Positions 25,715 through 38,200 of a stretch of DNA of 64,000 nucleotides are shown here, in pieces. Within the stretch, counting starts at the first letter, position 1, and every line of letters starts with the position of its first letter. The notes under the pieces were generated by a model. The model was not told the origin of the DNA. It did not search any database and saw only the letters and a list, made by a program, of their open reading frames with translations. Origin of the DNA: Oikopleura dioica. Lineage: Eukaryota; Animalia; Chordata. The translations under genes and the position numbers were made by a program. The stretch lies in the NCBI GenBank assembly GCA_907165135.1, contig OU015567.1, positions 12,524,001 to 12,588,000 on the forward strand. Reading direction: 5' to 3'.

Positions 25715-26557
25715 ATGCCTGTAATCAAGGCTCCAACAAATCAAAAGCGTCACACTAATGTGGCGGTAGTCCGGCTCAAGACTCACGGAAAGCGATTCGA
25801 ACTTGCGTGTTACAAAAATAAGGTGCAATCATGGAGGGATGGAACGGAGAAAGATCTTGGTGAGGTGTTGCAATCGGATAGAATCTTTACAAATGTCGGC
25901 AAAGGAGAATTCGCTAATTCGAAAGACTTGGACAAGGTAAGAAATATTTCCTTGTTAATTTCAATAAAAGTTGAAGGCATTTGGAACGAAAAATGAAAAA
26001 GACATCGCAATTAAAATCCTGGCAAAAGGCGACCTGCAGGTTTCTGATAAAGAACGAGAAGTAGCTAACGAATCGCTCTTCTCTGAAATTGCGGAGAAGG
26101 TTTCTGAAATGTCCATCAATCCGCAAACCGAACGAAAGTATCCACCGACGATCATACAGAAGGCTATGAAGGAGACGATTCATTATTCCTTGCAGACGAA
26201 GAAGAACGCGAAAGTACAAGCAATCGATGTCATCAAGCAGCTGAAAGCCAAGGACTTTCCAATTGATCGTTGCAAAAGCCAAGTAAAAGCTACGATTCCA
26301 ACTGAATTTTCTAACGTCGCCGATAAGATCCGAAAGCTTGCCAGGTAAGTTTCGAAAATTAATTAGCATCTGATCACCTTTCTAGCAAAATACTTGACGA
26401 AAAAGAGGCGGATGATCAGATCCTGCTCAACATTATGATCATGCCGCACCAACTGAAAGAGATTCAACAGATCTTCACGAAAGAAACATCGGGTAAAGCT
26501 TCCGTGGAATTGATATCGCTGAATAAACAAAAGTCCTCTGATGAACAGCTCATTTAA
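25715..26557 (+). CDS. SBDS: Ribosome maturation factor SBDS
   Basis: [31 protein letters not shown]; [16 protein letters not shown]; [14 protein letters not shown]; [10 protein letters not shown]; three exons. Confidence 0.96.
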
Positions 26558-27013
26558 TAAAAGTTCATTCAACTGGAAAATATAAAAAAGGAACCATTGA
26601 ACTCCATTTTCTGGTTGTTTTTACCTTCGTTTTTTGATTGTTTTGGAATAAAATAGCATGGCAGGCACCTAATAAATTCGTTTCTTATCGTCAACTCTTA
26701 GAAGGATAATAATCGGATAAGAGCAAAGTGAAGGATAGCTTGGAAGGTGGAGACAGAAGGTTTGCGCTAACAAAAATACTGAAAGTTACTTCCGCTTGTA
26801 ATGAGGTCTTGGATAAAGTAAAACTGAGCTCAAAATCGTAACAAAATTATTTCGCAAAAGCAAATATAAGCGTTTGTTTGCCAATCAATGGGAAATTGTC
26901 AAAATTCAGAACTGAGAGAATCGATAGTCGAAGCGGACGGGGTGCAAGATATGGAACATCATAGCTAGGGATTAAACGCGTTTATAGGAGGACTCAGTGA
27001 TTTGATTACTCAG

Positions 27014-28832
27014 TGAAAATTCCACGCTAAGAATTATTATCATCGGTGGAGGAATAGCGGGAATCGGCTGCGCGAGTGTTTTATCCAAAAATGGTGTCAA
27101 CAATTATCGAGTTCTCGAATACTCGAACAGAATTGGTGGGAGATTGCGGCCTTTTCAACTCACCCCCGAAATATCTGTCAATCTTGGAGCAAATTGGATC
27201 ATGGGCGAGCGGAATCCACTGCTAAAGATTTTGAAAGACAGTGGGAATTCGGAGACTCTTCTGGACCCAGAATACTTCAGTGAAGAAAAGAAGGTTATTG
27301 TTTTGGACGAAAAATATGAAAATATTACGGAGAAGATGGAAGTCTACCATAAACAATTTTTAAACGACTGGCACGAAATGACGCAGTATTTTCAACAGAC
27401 GGAGGAGTTAATTTCAATCGAGGAATTCATGAAACGAACGGACTCTTCGCCCGAGAAAATTCCACGAGATATCTACGAGGCCCTCCACTATATCCACGGG
27501 TACTCGCAAATCTGTGCCAGCGAGCCTGCGACGTGTTCCATCGGAGATGCCGACGAGAAACAGATGGAAGAGAGATTTGGAGAAACACCAATAGTTCTGG
27601 GTTCATTCATTTCGTTCGTGAACTTTGATCAAATTAAAATTAACTCGCCTGAGTCTTCACTTCTGAGACAAAATTTCTGTCAAGTGAAACCTCAAGTTGA
27701 AGTACTTATTCACAGATTTATAACCCATAGAAAGCAACGTCCAACATAAGTGCGTGCGTAGCCGAAATCGCAAAGGATGTACCGAATGAGAACATTATCT
27801 TCAATTCAGATGTTTTCCTTGTCACAAATGACAACAACAAGGAAGGATTTGAACATTTCAATGGGCCCCGATAAATCAGAACTTTAATCTTTTAATTATT
27901 TATTTGCGCCTGGAGCAGACATTTTTTAAATGCCAATAACTTGTCAGTACGACAACAGTGTTGTCTATCTTAAGAGCTCTGTAGATGTAGTCAAATCCTG
28001 ATAAAGTTTCATTTATCTTTGAGAAACTCAAAAGGATCAGTGGAACAGATGAGCTGCGACTTTCTCGTCTCGGCAGTCCCGATCAGTCAGTATCAGTCGA
28101 AAAGGTTAAGGCTTGAGTTTATGACCCCGGAGAAAGATGAGCTCATATCAGCACTTTCACTTGTGCACTTTGCGAATTGTTTTGTCTTACTGGAAAAAGA
28201 TCAGGAGCATCTACTCCCAGGTAAGTTCTGATCATATTCACCTATGCCAACTTCTCTAAGACAAGAATGACTTCATCTACCTTCCAAACAACGAAGAGAA
28301 CATCTTCCGGTCTATCGAATTCGACCCAATGATACTCCGGTTTCACGGGCGAAAGGCGATCGCATTCAGAACCACGTCAGAAAAGGCGAAAAAGTTCAAC
28401 TCGCTTTCAAGAGAAGAGATCAAGAAAAACATTCAGACAACCATCAAGAGAGTATTTGGATTTGATGCGAATATTGAAAACTTTTCGAACCCAACTTGGG
28501 CTGCACAAGGTTTTTTGCTTATTTGCAGAATTCAAATTGACTCCTGAATTATTAAGAAAACTTCCAGGGCTGCTATACGAATGTGGCTCTGTGTCCGGGA
28601 AAGACATTTGACGAGTTTTACTCGCGTCTGAACGTTCCATTAGGTAAATAAAGCAATTACGATTCAAACTGAATAACTTGCTAATTTCATTTTAGTTGAT
28701 AATTTCTACATGATTGGAGAGGCTTTCGATGGATCGAATGCTGGTTATGCGCATGGAGCGTACCTAACTGGAGTCAACTCAGCAGAACAAATTCTTAGAT
28801 TACTGAATACTGAGGATAATAAAGAAAGATAA
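27014..28832 (+). CDS. Flavin-containing amine oxidase (polyamine/spermine oxidase-like); start codon uncertain
   Basis: IIIIGGGIAGIG FAD motif, LEYSNRIGGRL, LGANWIMG; C-terminal IGEAFDGSNAGYAHGAYLTGVNSAEQI. Confidence 0.85.
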
Positions 28833-29892
28833 TACTGATCTTTCAAAAAAACAGATTTGTTCACTGTTATTCTTGGAGTTGACGCCTTGCATGAATTGCA
28901 AAAAGAAATCAATCTTAATTCATTATGAGTAGGAAGGAGGTCCATTCACTCTTAATTATACCGCTCAATAAATGTGCTTATTTATAATTTAGCTCTTCAA
29001 TATTGAGGGAAAAATTCATGCTTGAACTTGAATCATAGTTTCTTTATTCGCTAATAATTCCAGTTAGCTCCAGCATTTAGTGGGTGATTACGGCCATCGT
29101 TGTTCGTTGTGTAGACAACTCTTCCATCAGGTTCTTGCCACCAGAAAACTTGCTGATCGAATTGATCAAAAAACCATCCGTCTGGCTGCCTATCTTGGTA
29201 GAAAACCCCGTTTCTTCTGTTGACGGTTGCATAAAATTTAAAAAAGATAAACAAAATCCTTCACTTTTTGTATGAACCTTGCCCGATATCCACCCCCAAA
29301 AATGCCTCCACTCCTTACTATCGGTTTTGGGTCAAGCTCTTCAATCTTCGCCTTTTTGGAAGGCACTGGAGTAGAAGGCTCTAATTTTTGATGCAAAAAG
29401 TTGCTTATAGTTTTAATGATGAGTTGAACTTATTCAATGCCGCAAAAAGCAGTGCACACGTCAATTAATTAATATTGCTTATTTGCAGCTTTAATCCTGA
29501 AACGTCGCTCATCTCTTTTGTAAAAAAAATAAATGTGTTCGAAAGGGGATATATCAAAAATTAGACCGGATACAATCCAAAAATCTCATAGCGGCTTAAT
29601 TTGTCCCACGAAAAAGCATGATTAATTATCTGCTTCCCCGAAAATAGCTATTCTTCGTCGTTTTTCATTGAAGCCGACTATTATTAAAACGTTGACTTAT
29701 TTGCACTCCGTTAGGCTAAGTCATAAATAATCATAAATAATTTAACCAGAAAAACTATCAGATATAATCACTAAAGACTCTTCGGCGTTCTTCCATATTC
29801 TGCATGAGGGCGCTATTATTCACGGCATATAAACTCATCCATGCTGAATGTTTCAAAAAAAGACGATTATCCAAAAAGTTAAACTTGACTAA

Positions 29893-30111
29893 ATGAAACT
29901 CTCAATCCTCCTTGCTTCCTGCGCCGCTGCGTTTAATTTTGAAGATAATTCAAGAATGAAGAGAAATTTTTTCAAGGTACCAAAACGTTAAAACAAGCAA
30001 CTCAAAATATTCAAGTTGAACACCCGTGATTCCGGAGTCCAGACTGGACTTCAAGAGAAACTTTTGGGTCTCCAAAATATGCTCGGCAATGATGAAGGCT
30101 TTGGGTGGTAA
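29893..30111 (+). CDS. Small secreted peptide precursor candidate (59 aa, 2 exons)
   Basis: MKLSILLASCAAA signal-like start, RMKR dibasic site; 39-nt GT-AG intron 29977-30015 containing an in-frame stop; exon 2 LNTRDSG...EGFGW*. Confidence 0.55.
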
Positions 30112-30283
30112 TTTTTAAGCTTCCTGCTGTTCTTCAACGAAATAAAGAGATAATAACAAAATATCTTTCTATAAATTTAATTTTATTAAGAGGGCAGTGT
30201 TTACTGGGGAATGGCATAAGTGAAGGGACATTAAGTGAGAGTAAGACACTGACGTTTTGAAAAAATAATAAAACAGTGATCTT

Positions 30284-33200
30284 CTATGAGCTTCCAGGGA
30301 AGATTTCAGCGGCAGAGGGGATCGGGCGGAAGAATTGAGGAATCCCATTAGAGTCGAACATTGCTTGAAGCTTTTGATCTCGCTCGGTTCGCTGCAGACG
30401 TGAGATTTGTTCGAATTCAGACATTATCGCGGGGTTCTTCTTTCCATAAAGGAGAAGAAGCGACTAGAAAAGCATCCAAAGAATGTGCAAAAATGTGACT
30501 TTTACCTTGATTTCATCAAATTTATTATCCCTAAAGAGCATTTGCACAAGGGGATCAATGAAGCCCTGGATAATCGCTTCGTTCTAAAAGAAAATATGAT
30601 TCAACTGAATCTCCCTTCCCACTTTACCTTTATCCAACGATACTCATCCATCGTCAATTTGCGAAGATTCTCTGGCGTAGCCGTCCAAAGCAGCATTTGG
30701 GAAACTTCGCAGTGCGAGAGTAGAAGCCGATTTCTCTTGACAACTGAGCTCACAAGCTTCTTCCAGGTGACGGCTTTGACGATTCGGTCGAATATTTCTC
30801 GCTGATCAAACGTAGCCGCGCGTGGAATGATCTGGAGAGCTTCAACTTCGTTGTCCTTGCTGATGAGCTTGAAGGCGATTTTCTCGATGTCGATAAGGAA
30901 GGCTTTCGGGTACTCGTAAAGCGCTTGGACCACCAGATCTGGCCGGGTATCAACATTAAGCTCGATGCACGCTGTCCAGATTTTTCGGAAAGTCCGGTCG
31001 AACATGACGCTTTCTTCAAGCATCGTGTTGAACCATTTTTGTCGATTCAGACGGCGTATAAACGCGAAGAGCTCCTCTCCGACAACGAAGTTGGCAAAGA
31101 TACGAGTCCACAAATCGTCGTCGACGAGTTTATTATTGAAGGCCAACTCGCCCAGCGCCTTTGAGGCTTCGTGCGAGCCTTCCAACGCGTCCAACATTTG
31201 ATTGAGCCCGGCTACTTTATCGTCAGTTTTATAAAAAGCCACCAAGTTCTTCGAGCTCATGCCAAGTACCTTGAGACGGCATTGATCTTTCCAGGATTGA
31301 GTTTGCTTGATGAGCGCTTTTTTGGAGCCAAAGCCGGCCGAATCCATCCCGAGTGTATTCGCGATCTCGGCCATTTCCTCTTCGTCGAAAGATTTGAGAA
31401 GATGATCCATGATTTCGCAGCGCTGCTCCAGCGACCCAGAGTACGCTTGGTTGAAGAGTGCCTTGGCTACTTTTGTCTTGTCCCAGATTGAGGATATGCC
31501 GACGATATTTCGGACTGGGATCGGGGTCATATTCAGCCACGTTTCGACGAGATTTTGATAAACAACGGCGACGGGGATGTCCGCATTTTTGCAAACCTCT
31601 GTGAGCACTAATCCGAGGTCGTTTTTGTTGTTGCTTGTATCCTCGAATAGCTTAACAATCAATTAATAAAGATCATTTTCGAACTTCCGTACCTGTAAAA
31701 ATAAAGATAGAATTGTGCTCGAAGATAGGGCTTGTCTGCCCTCATTGAAGAACGACCGAGTCTTCTCATCGTAAAAATGATTTCGTGACAAGACCTGCTT
31801 GGTTTCAATCAGATTCGAGTAGTCGCGCAAGCTCTGGTATTTCTGGCTTATGTCGGCAATTTCAGCAATTATCCCACGGTATTGCTCCAGGTCTTTGAGT
31901 GCTTCCTTGAGAAACTTTGACGCTTGAGCTGGTTTATCGATGCAACGAGCCGTGTGCATGTACATATGGCAATTGAGTGATAGCTCTCCAATTATTTGCT
32001 CTCTTGCGGTCGACCCAATCTTAGAGCAAAGTTAATAAAGGTAGCGGTACTTTTTTATGTCTTCATGGCTATTTCTTACCTTTAGAACCGCTAAAAGAGA
32101 ATTCAGCTCTGTTCCTTCATCAGATCTTACGCCCCGCATCTTCGTGACAAGATTTTTGACGCAATTCATCTTGACATCTGCTTCACTCAGCCCAACAATG
32201 CTTGTCTTTGCGACCCAAATGATCTTCTCGTAGTTGGTTGGGAGACACTCCTTCCGGATTGCTTCAAGCATTTTCGGCTTCTCGCTAGCTATCCAGTGGA
32301 ATGGGAGACGGTCGCATTCATCGGTCGATTTAAGAAGCCGGTACTTTTCGAACTCTTCCAAGTCGTTTAAATATTGCTAGAAAAGACATTACAGATATCT
32401 GCTATTGAAGGAAAATCGAACCTCCGCGCGCGAATCGCTCTCTAATTCTGGATTGTCTTTCTTCATGAAAATAATTTCCTCGAGAAGAAATCGAATTCGC
32501 TGGTAGCTTGTGCGTACGGTCAGACCAAGCCACTCCAGAAGCTCTTTGATAGGCGATTTTATGTTAAAGTTGCGCAGCGCCCATCTCAATCGCGGCTCGA
32601 TGCTTTTCCAGCTTGAGTTGATGCTCTGAATTTTTTTCTGAGAGGTTTCTTTGAAGGGCAAAATGTACCTTGGTGTAGCTTAAAAGTTCAATTTTCGGCT
32701 TATGCGAGACAACAAGCGCACTCGATTCAATGCCAGAATCTTCACCGACGAATTGCCATTGCAGGAATCTGTATAAAATGTTGTTCCTTGAAATCTGGAA
32801 AGCGTCGATGTATTCGTTGACTGTTTCGAAGGGTATTTGCGGCTTGGCGAGAAGCTTGAGGCAGTATTCGTCGCGGTAGTCTCTCAGGTTTACTTCATTT
32901 TTTGGAATGGAAAGAAGTTCGGATATTTTACGCGACCAAGAGCCCATCATAAGAGTTTGTTTGAAAGCAGCGGCATATCCTAAATTTTCAAATGAAGTTG
33001 TTAAATGTCTTTATCATGGATTTACCTTGATTGTTTTTGAAATATTTGATTCCCAGTTTGCATATCCGCTCTTGTGTTTCAAAGTTGCTCGTCCTTGACA
33101 ATTTCTCAAGCGTTTGAAAAACCTCTTCCTTGGGTTTTGTATGAAAACAGCCGAACATTACGTCCTCGTTGATTTTCCTCCTGACAGAGTCCTCAATAAC

Positions 33201-34152
33201 GTTATTGATGAGTTCATCCATTCTTTGCTGATCCGTGCCGAGTAGCTCGGCTCTCAGGCATTCAAAGTTGAGTTTGAGAAGATCTGTCGAAAAGTCTTCG
33301 TCTGTTACTTTTTGAAAAGGCGTTTCGAAGCAAGAACGGTCGTATGACTTCAAGTATTCGTGAACGGCGAGTTCAAGACGCCGACAGAAGCGCTGGACTT
33401 TCGCTTTCGAAGATGAGGTCTTTGGCCCGGCGCAAGTGATGTTCAAATTGGCTACAGTTAGATTTCCCCTCGCAGGAGCGGCACCATCGTTGACATCGGC
33501 CTCGTGCTCGCCAATCATTTTCTTGAGCGTCAAAGCATGGATCAACGCGCCATCGAGAGAATCGGTGAAGGATCGATCCCAGAGAAAATCTTCCAAAAGA
33601 GGTCGTTCAGGTTCTTCCTCCTTTACTTCAGGCACGAGCAAGGGAAAACGCATTTCTTGAGTCTCGTTGAACAAGGACTTGTTGCATTTTAAAAAAGTGA
33701 TGAACGAATTTCTTTCAAAGGTTCAAAGGTTGATTTTCTCTAGTTGACATAATAAGAATTATTAGAAATAATAAATGAGATAAGATTGAAGATAGAGAAT
33801 CAATACGAAACCCTTTCCTAATCGGTTCATTACTTGGCATAACCGCAGCTAGAGAGAGAACCTCCTCAAGAATGGTTCCTTTAAAATCATCCGGTGCCTG
33901 CTGAAACGTTTCCATCGCCTCAGTACACTTCTTTTCGGCCAGTTTTGCGACGACATCTCTTCTCAGAGCGTCGTGTTTGGAAACGCTAAGGAGGGTGAAG
34001 AGCGATTCCGACTTTTTGCCCAAAGCGAGGAACTTTCGAACGGACTCTTCTCGCTCATTTGGAGTATTCAATCGGATGTTCTCGACTCCCCCTTCGTTTA
34101 GAATGCCCCATGCAGTGTTTCTGTCCAAATGGTGCTTGATTCGGTCGTCCAT
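30284..34152 (-). CDS. KNTC1: KNTC1/Rough deal-like helical protein (apparently about half normal length)
   Basis: Chain of long minus-strand ORFs with short introns; NADIPVAVVYQNLVETWL, LVDDDLWTRIF and VQALYEYPKAFLIDIEKIA recall the ROD C-terminal region (from memory); no beta-propeller seen. Confidence 0.6.
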
Positions 34153-34519
34153 TTTTTTTTCTCGATTTCTCTGAAAAATTGAAAAAAGTGGCGTTTTGGT
34201 GTGGCAAAAAGTGAAAGCAGCAAAAGTCTGCAGCCTCGAAATCTGATAAAATCTAGAGAAAACGTTGACAACAGAAACGTTTAAATTTGCGCGCCATTCT
34301 GCCCTCTGCCAATCAGAATGCGTTCTGATGCTCAGAAGAGGGAGACAAGAAAATCAGAATTTTATAGTGGATAGTGAGCTCTGAGCAGAGTTTGTCATGT
34401 GATCTGTTATATTTTTTTCATTTTGAACAAACAATTTTTATCAAGCAAATTACACACGTGCTGTTTTATTTTAGAAATCATGGAAGAGATTTTCATTTTA
34501 GAATTTATCAACAATTTTT

Positions 34520-34738
34520 TCATCTCAATGGCAGAGCCTTGAAATATCTTCTGAGTCCATTTGATCGTCGGGAGTGCGCGTTGAACTTGTATCTCGGCCG
34601 CATGTTGGCAATTGATCCGTAAAGGGCGTTTGCTCCGGCTTTGTTGAAGGAGTAGACGTTGTTGCCAAGCCTGTTGAACCCGATGAGATCAGCGGCTGAC
34701 AGTGAGAGGAGTGAAGAAAGAATGGCGAGGAAATTCAT
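34520..34738 (-). CDS. Small secreted peptide precursor candidate (72 aa)
   Basis: MNFLAILSSLLSLSAA signal-like start; basic C-half with two RR sites (HSRRSNGLRRYF). Confidence 0.5.
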   Translation of the reverse strand: MNFLAILSSLLSLSAADLIGFNRLGNNVYSFNKAGANALYGSIANMRPRYKFNAHSRRSNGLRRYFKALPLR

Positions 34739-35222
34739 TTTGGAAAAGTTTTCCTTTGGATTGTCTTTGTATGATTATACCAGACAAAACGCAACTGATG
34801 CTAGAAGAGTACAGTTCTTGTATTTTATAGGAGCTGAAAGTAGCGAGCGAGAGCATGTTTAGGCGCTGTTTAAAATTGCTAATATTTAGAATTTAGATTA
34901 AAATAGAACGATCTGAGGCTAATTATCAGAAATGAGTTAAACTTAGGAAGATTAGTTTCTAATCTGATCGGTTATGCAAATTTATGTAACTGATAATTAA
35001 GGTTGTATTAGCTCTCAAAATATCCACATCTCTGAAAGATTTCCTAAAATAAAGGTAACCTTTTTTTGTAATGATATTTTATGTAACTAAATTATTTTTA
35101 ATGATCACGAATTTCCTTGAGGATTTTCAAGCAGCCAAACTCTATTTGTCTTTTCCAAATTTGTGTCATATTCAAAGTTATGAGCTCCTGACCTGCATTT
35201 TTATTAGTCGATCTCAAGAGAA

Positions 35223-38200
35223 ATGGAATTAATAATCTTCATTTATTTACTGAATTTATCAAGTGGCTCAAGATGGACGGAGCATGGAGATATTGACAGA
35301 GCAAATCTTACGGTTGTCGGCTGCAAAGAGTTTGAAGGGCTTATATTGTGGCAGAATTCAAGAGAATGCCACCAGTGCAGCTGGATCAGGAGCGTTTTAC
35401 AATCAATAATCAAGAGACAATTTCACAAGAAATAAAACAAGAAACAGATCTCGTGATAAAATGGGAAACAAGCTTGTGCCATTTTCAGCTACGGAGAATC
35501 AAACTGCCTGGATTGACACTAGATGGCCTCAGAGATTTATTTTCACGTTCGACAATGCTAATGCTCCGCCGCACAACATGTCGAATGGCGATTTCAGACG
35601 ATTTTATGAGCACGGAGAATATGCGCTGAAAATCCACAGCGACCATAAAAACCTAACGATTGTTGCGATCAAGGAAGACTCACTGGCATACACGGCCCCT
35701 GCCTGGGGAACATTTACGGCATTAATTCTGGCTCAGATTATTTATATCATAGGTAAGGACATTTTTACTTTTTTAGAAGGGCGATAAAAAAGGATTGAAT
35801 TACTATTTATGATCATTTAATAGCTCTTAATTTTGCCTCAATGAATAGAAATTCTTTATTTGGAAGCCTATTAGTGCTATTTCTCCCAGAATGTATAAAT
35901 TTACGGATCAATAAATCTTTTTCTACTCAAATTTCGAAAGTCAGCGATTCTCGTATGCATAGAATCGATCAAAAAATGGGCAATTAGTGTCAAAAACTTG
36001 AAGTCCCGAGAACAGACTACGTTTAACATTGTGGTTTTAAAGAGTTCTGTAAATCAGGGATTACTTATTGCTGTCGCAAAATGATTTTATCTCGATTTCT
36101 TCTATCGATAAAATTTACGAGAGCCCCTTCTTTAGGGAATCCTATCGCAATTAAAGTATAATTAGAATTATCTTATTATAAGAATATATAACCAAATTTT
36201 AAGGAGAAAATCTATACCGGAAAAGATACAATCCACCTGTCGACAACACGGAAAAGCCAAGCTTACGAGTTCTTCAATTAGTAAAAAGCCAAGCTTAAAA
36301 TCACAACCATCTTGAAGTGAACTCTAAAAATGCTCAAATGCTTAGACGCTATGCGAGGCATTGCGATCGGCATTATGATCTTTGTGAATTACGGTGGCGG
36401 CGGGTACTGGTTCTTTGATCACGCTGTTTGGTTTGGGCTTACAGGCAAAGAGGTCTCATCGTTTAATAGTTGTTGATAAAGGTGGAATAGGGGATTTGAC
36501 TTTGTTTATCTTTTCATCCGAATTTCGCCGCGTTCGAAAGGGTCAAAAGATAAGGAAATTTTAACACTGTCGGATATTCTTGGACACTTTTATCACATTT
36601 TATTCCAGTACCGCGATAATTGTAACAGGCGCCTTATCGAAAAGGTTTGAGCAGGCTGAGGCCTTTATCTTGTTCTCTGAACAAGTGCCATGTTGGCGAT
36701 AGAAGGCTTCTCTAAATGGCTAACGAGCTAGTCTACCTACGAGGGATGATCTTTTATAAGTTGCCGATCTGGCGATGCCTTGGTTCATGTTTATGATGGG
36801 CGTCTCGCTTACTTTTTCATTCAATTCGATGGTCAAAAAAGGCTGGTCAAAGATGAAAATGATCAAGAAAATCGCACTTAGATGCGGAAAACTCATGGCT
36901 GGGGTTGAGGAAAAGTTCGTTTCTCACTTTACTGATTGTGCAGAAAATATTTGGGTAAGGAAACGAAGAAGATGATGAGCGGTACTTCGAGTGCAAAAGA
37001 GTCTCTCTGCGTTATCGTTTAGTTTCGTGAACCCCACTTTCGGCACTTGGTCTGTTTATCATAAACGGCTCGACTAGTTTCGCCTATTTCCGAGTTCCGG
37101 GGGTACTTCAAAGATTCGCAATTTGTTATGCAGTGGTGAGCCCCCTCCTGCTCGCCCAGCAAGGCACTGCTCTCAAGGTTATGCAATCAAACTCGCTTTT
37201 CCGAGGGAAGGGGATGAATATGCCGGAAGATATTTGGCTCTTTTAGGGTTATCAAAATTTTCATCCTCGAATTCAGATATTCTTCCGTTTTGGCCACAGG
37301 AATGGTTTAATTTCTTGTACTTTTAACCAAAGTCATTCGAGACGAAAATTTTTTTCTCGAAGTCATTTTGTTAAAGGGATGTTGAGCCTGATTTTTAAAT
37401 AGTGAATTTATCAAATTGCGTGATTGATAAGTGACATCGTGTAGATAAATGTGAGTTTATTGCAGTTTGCTGAACGTTTTCGGTCGGTAGACCATCATCA
37501 GAGCTTGTTCCTTGATAAACTTGAAAATTCTTAAAGGAAAGCGTACCTTCTTTTCTTAGACTGCAGAACTGATTTAAAAACCAAAAATAACTTTTCTGCA
37601 GTCTAAGAAAAGAAGGTACGCTTTCCTTTAAGAATTTTCAAGTTTATCAAGGAACAAGCTGTGATGATGGTCTACCGACCAAAAACGTTCAGCAAACTGC
37701 AATAAACTCACATTTATCAAATTGTTTATGTGAATGTTTTTTGCAAAAATAACAGTCACACGGAGCTGTGACGCGGTCAGTGCTTGTGAAAACTTATCTT
37801 AGGAGCCTTATCTAGGCGAGCTAGGGTTGCAGATTTTGGTCACGAGATAAGTCCACCTTCTATCCATGTTCATAATTCTAAGCGAGAACACTCAACGTGC
37901 TCTCGACCCCGGGTTACCGATATTGCATTACAACAAATTGTGCCCCTGCTGCTGATAAAAAAAGACGAGATTAGCCGATAAAAAAGTGGCTGGTTATGTT
38001 CTGTTTGGAAGCACTGTGGCTAGGACTGACCTATGGAATGACGGAAGCCGGATGTCCCGCTGGCTACCTCGGCCCTGGCGGACTCCACAAGGACGGAAAG
38101 TTCAGAAATTGCTCTGGCGGTGCCGATAAGGGATGGAAAACTTTGATGGAATTGCCTTTCTGCTCCATTCATTGAAGTGAAAAGCGAATCAATTAGCAGG

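Noticed and set aside
29051-29400. Possible small minus-strand gene (EPSTPVPSKKAKIEELDPK...)
   Set aside because: Exon-like, but start codon and downstream frame could not be fixed.
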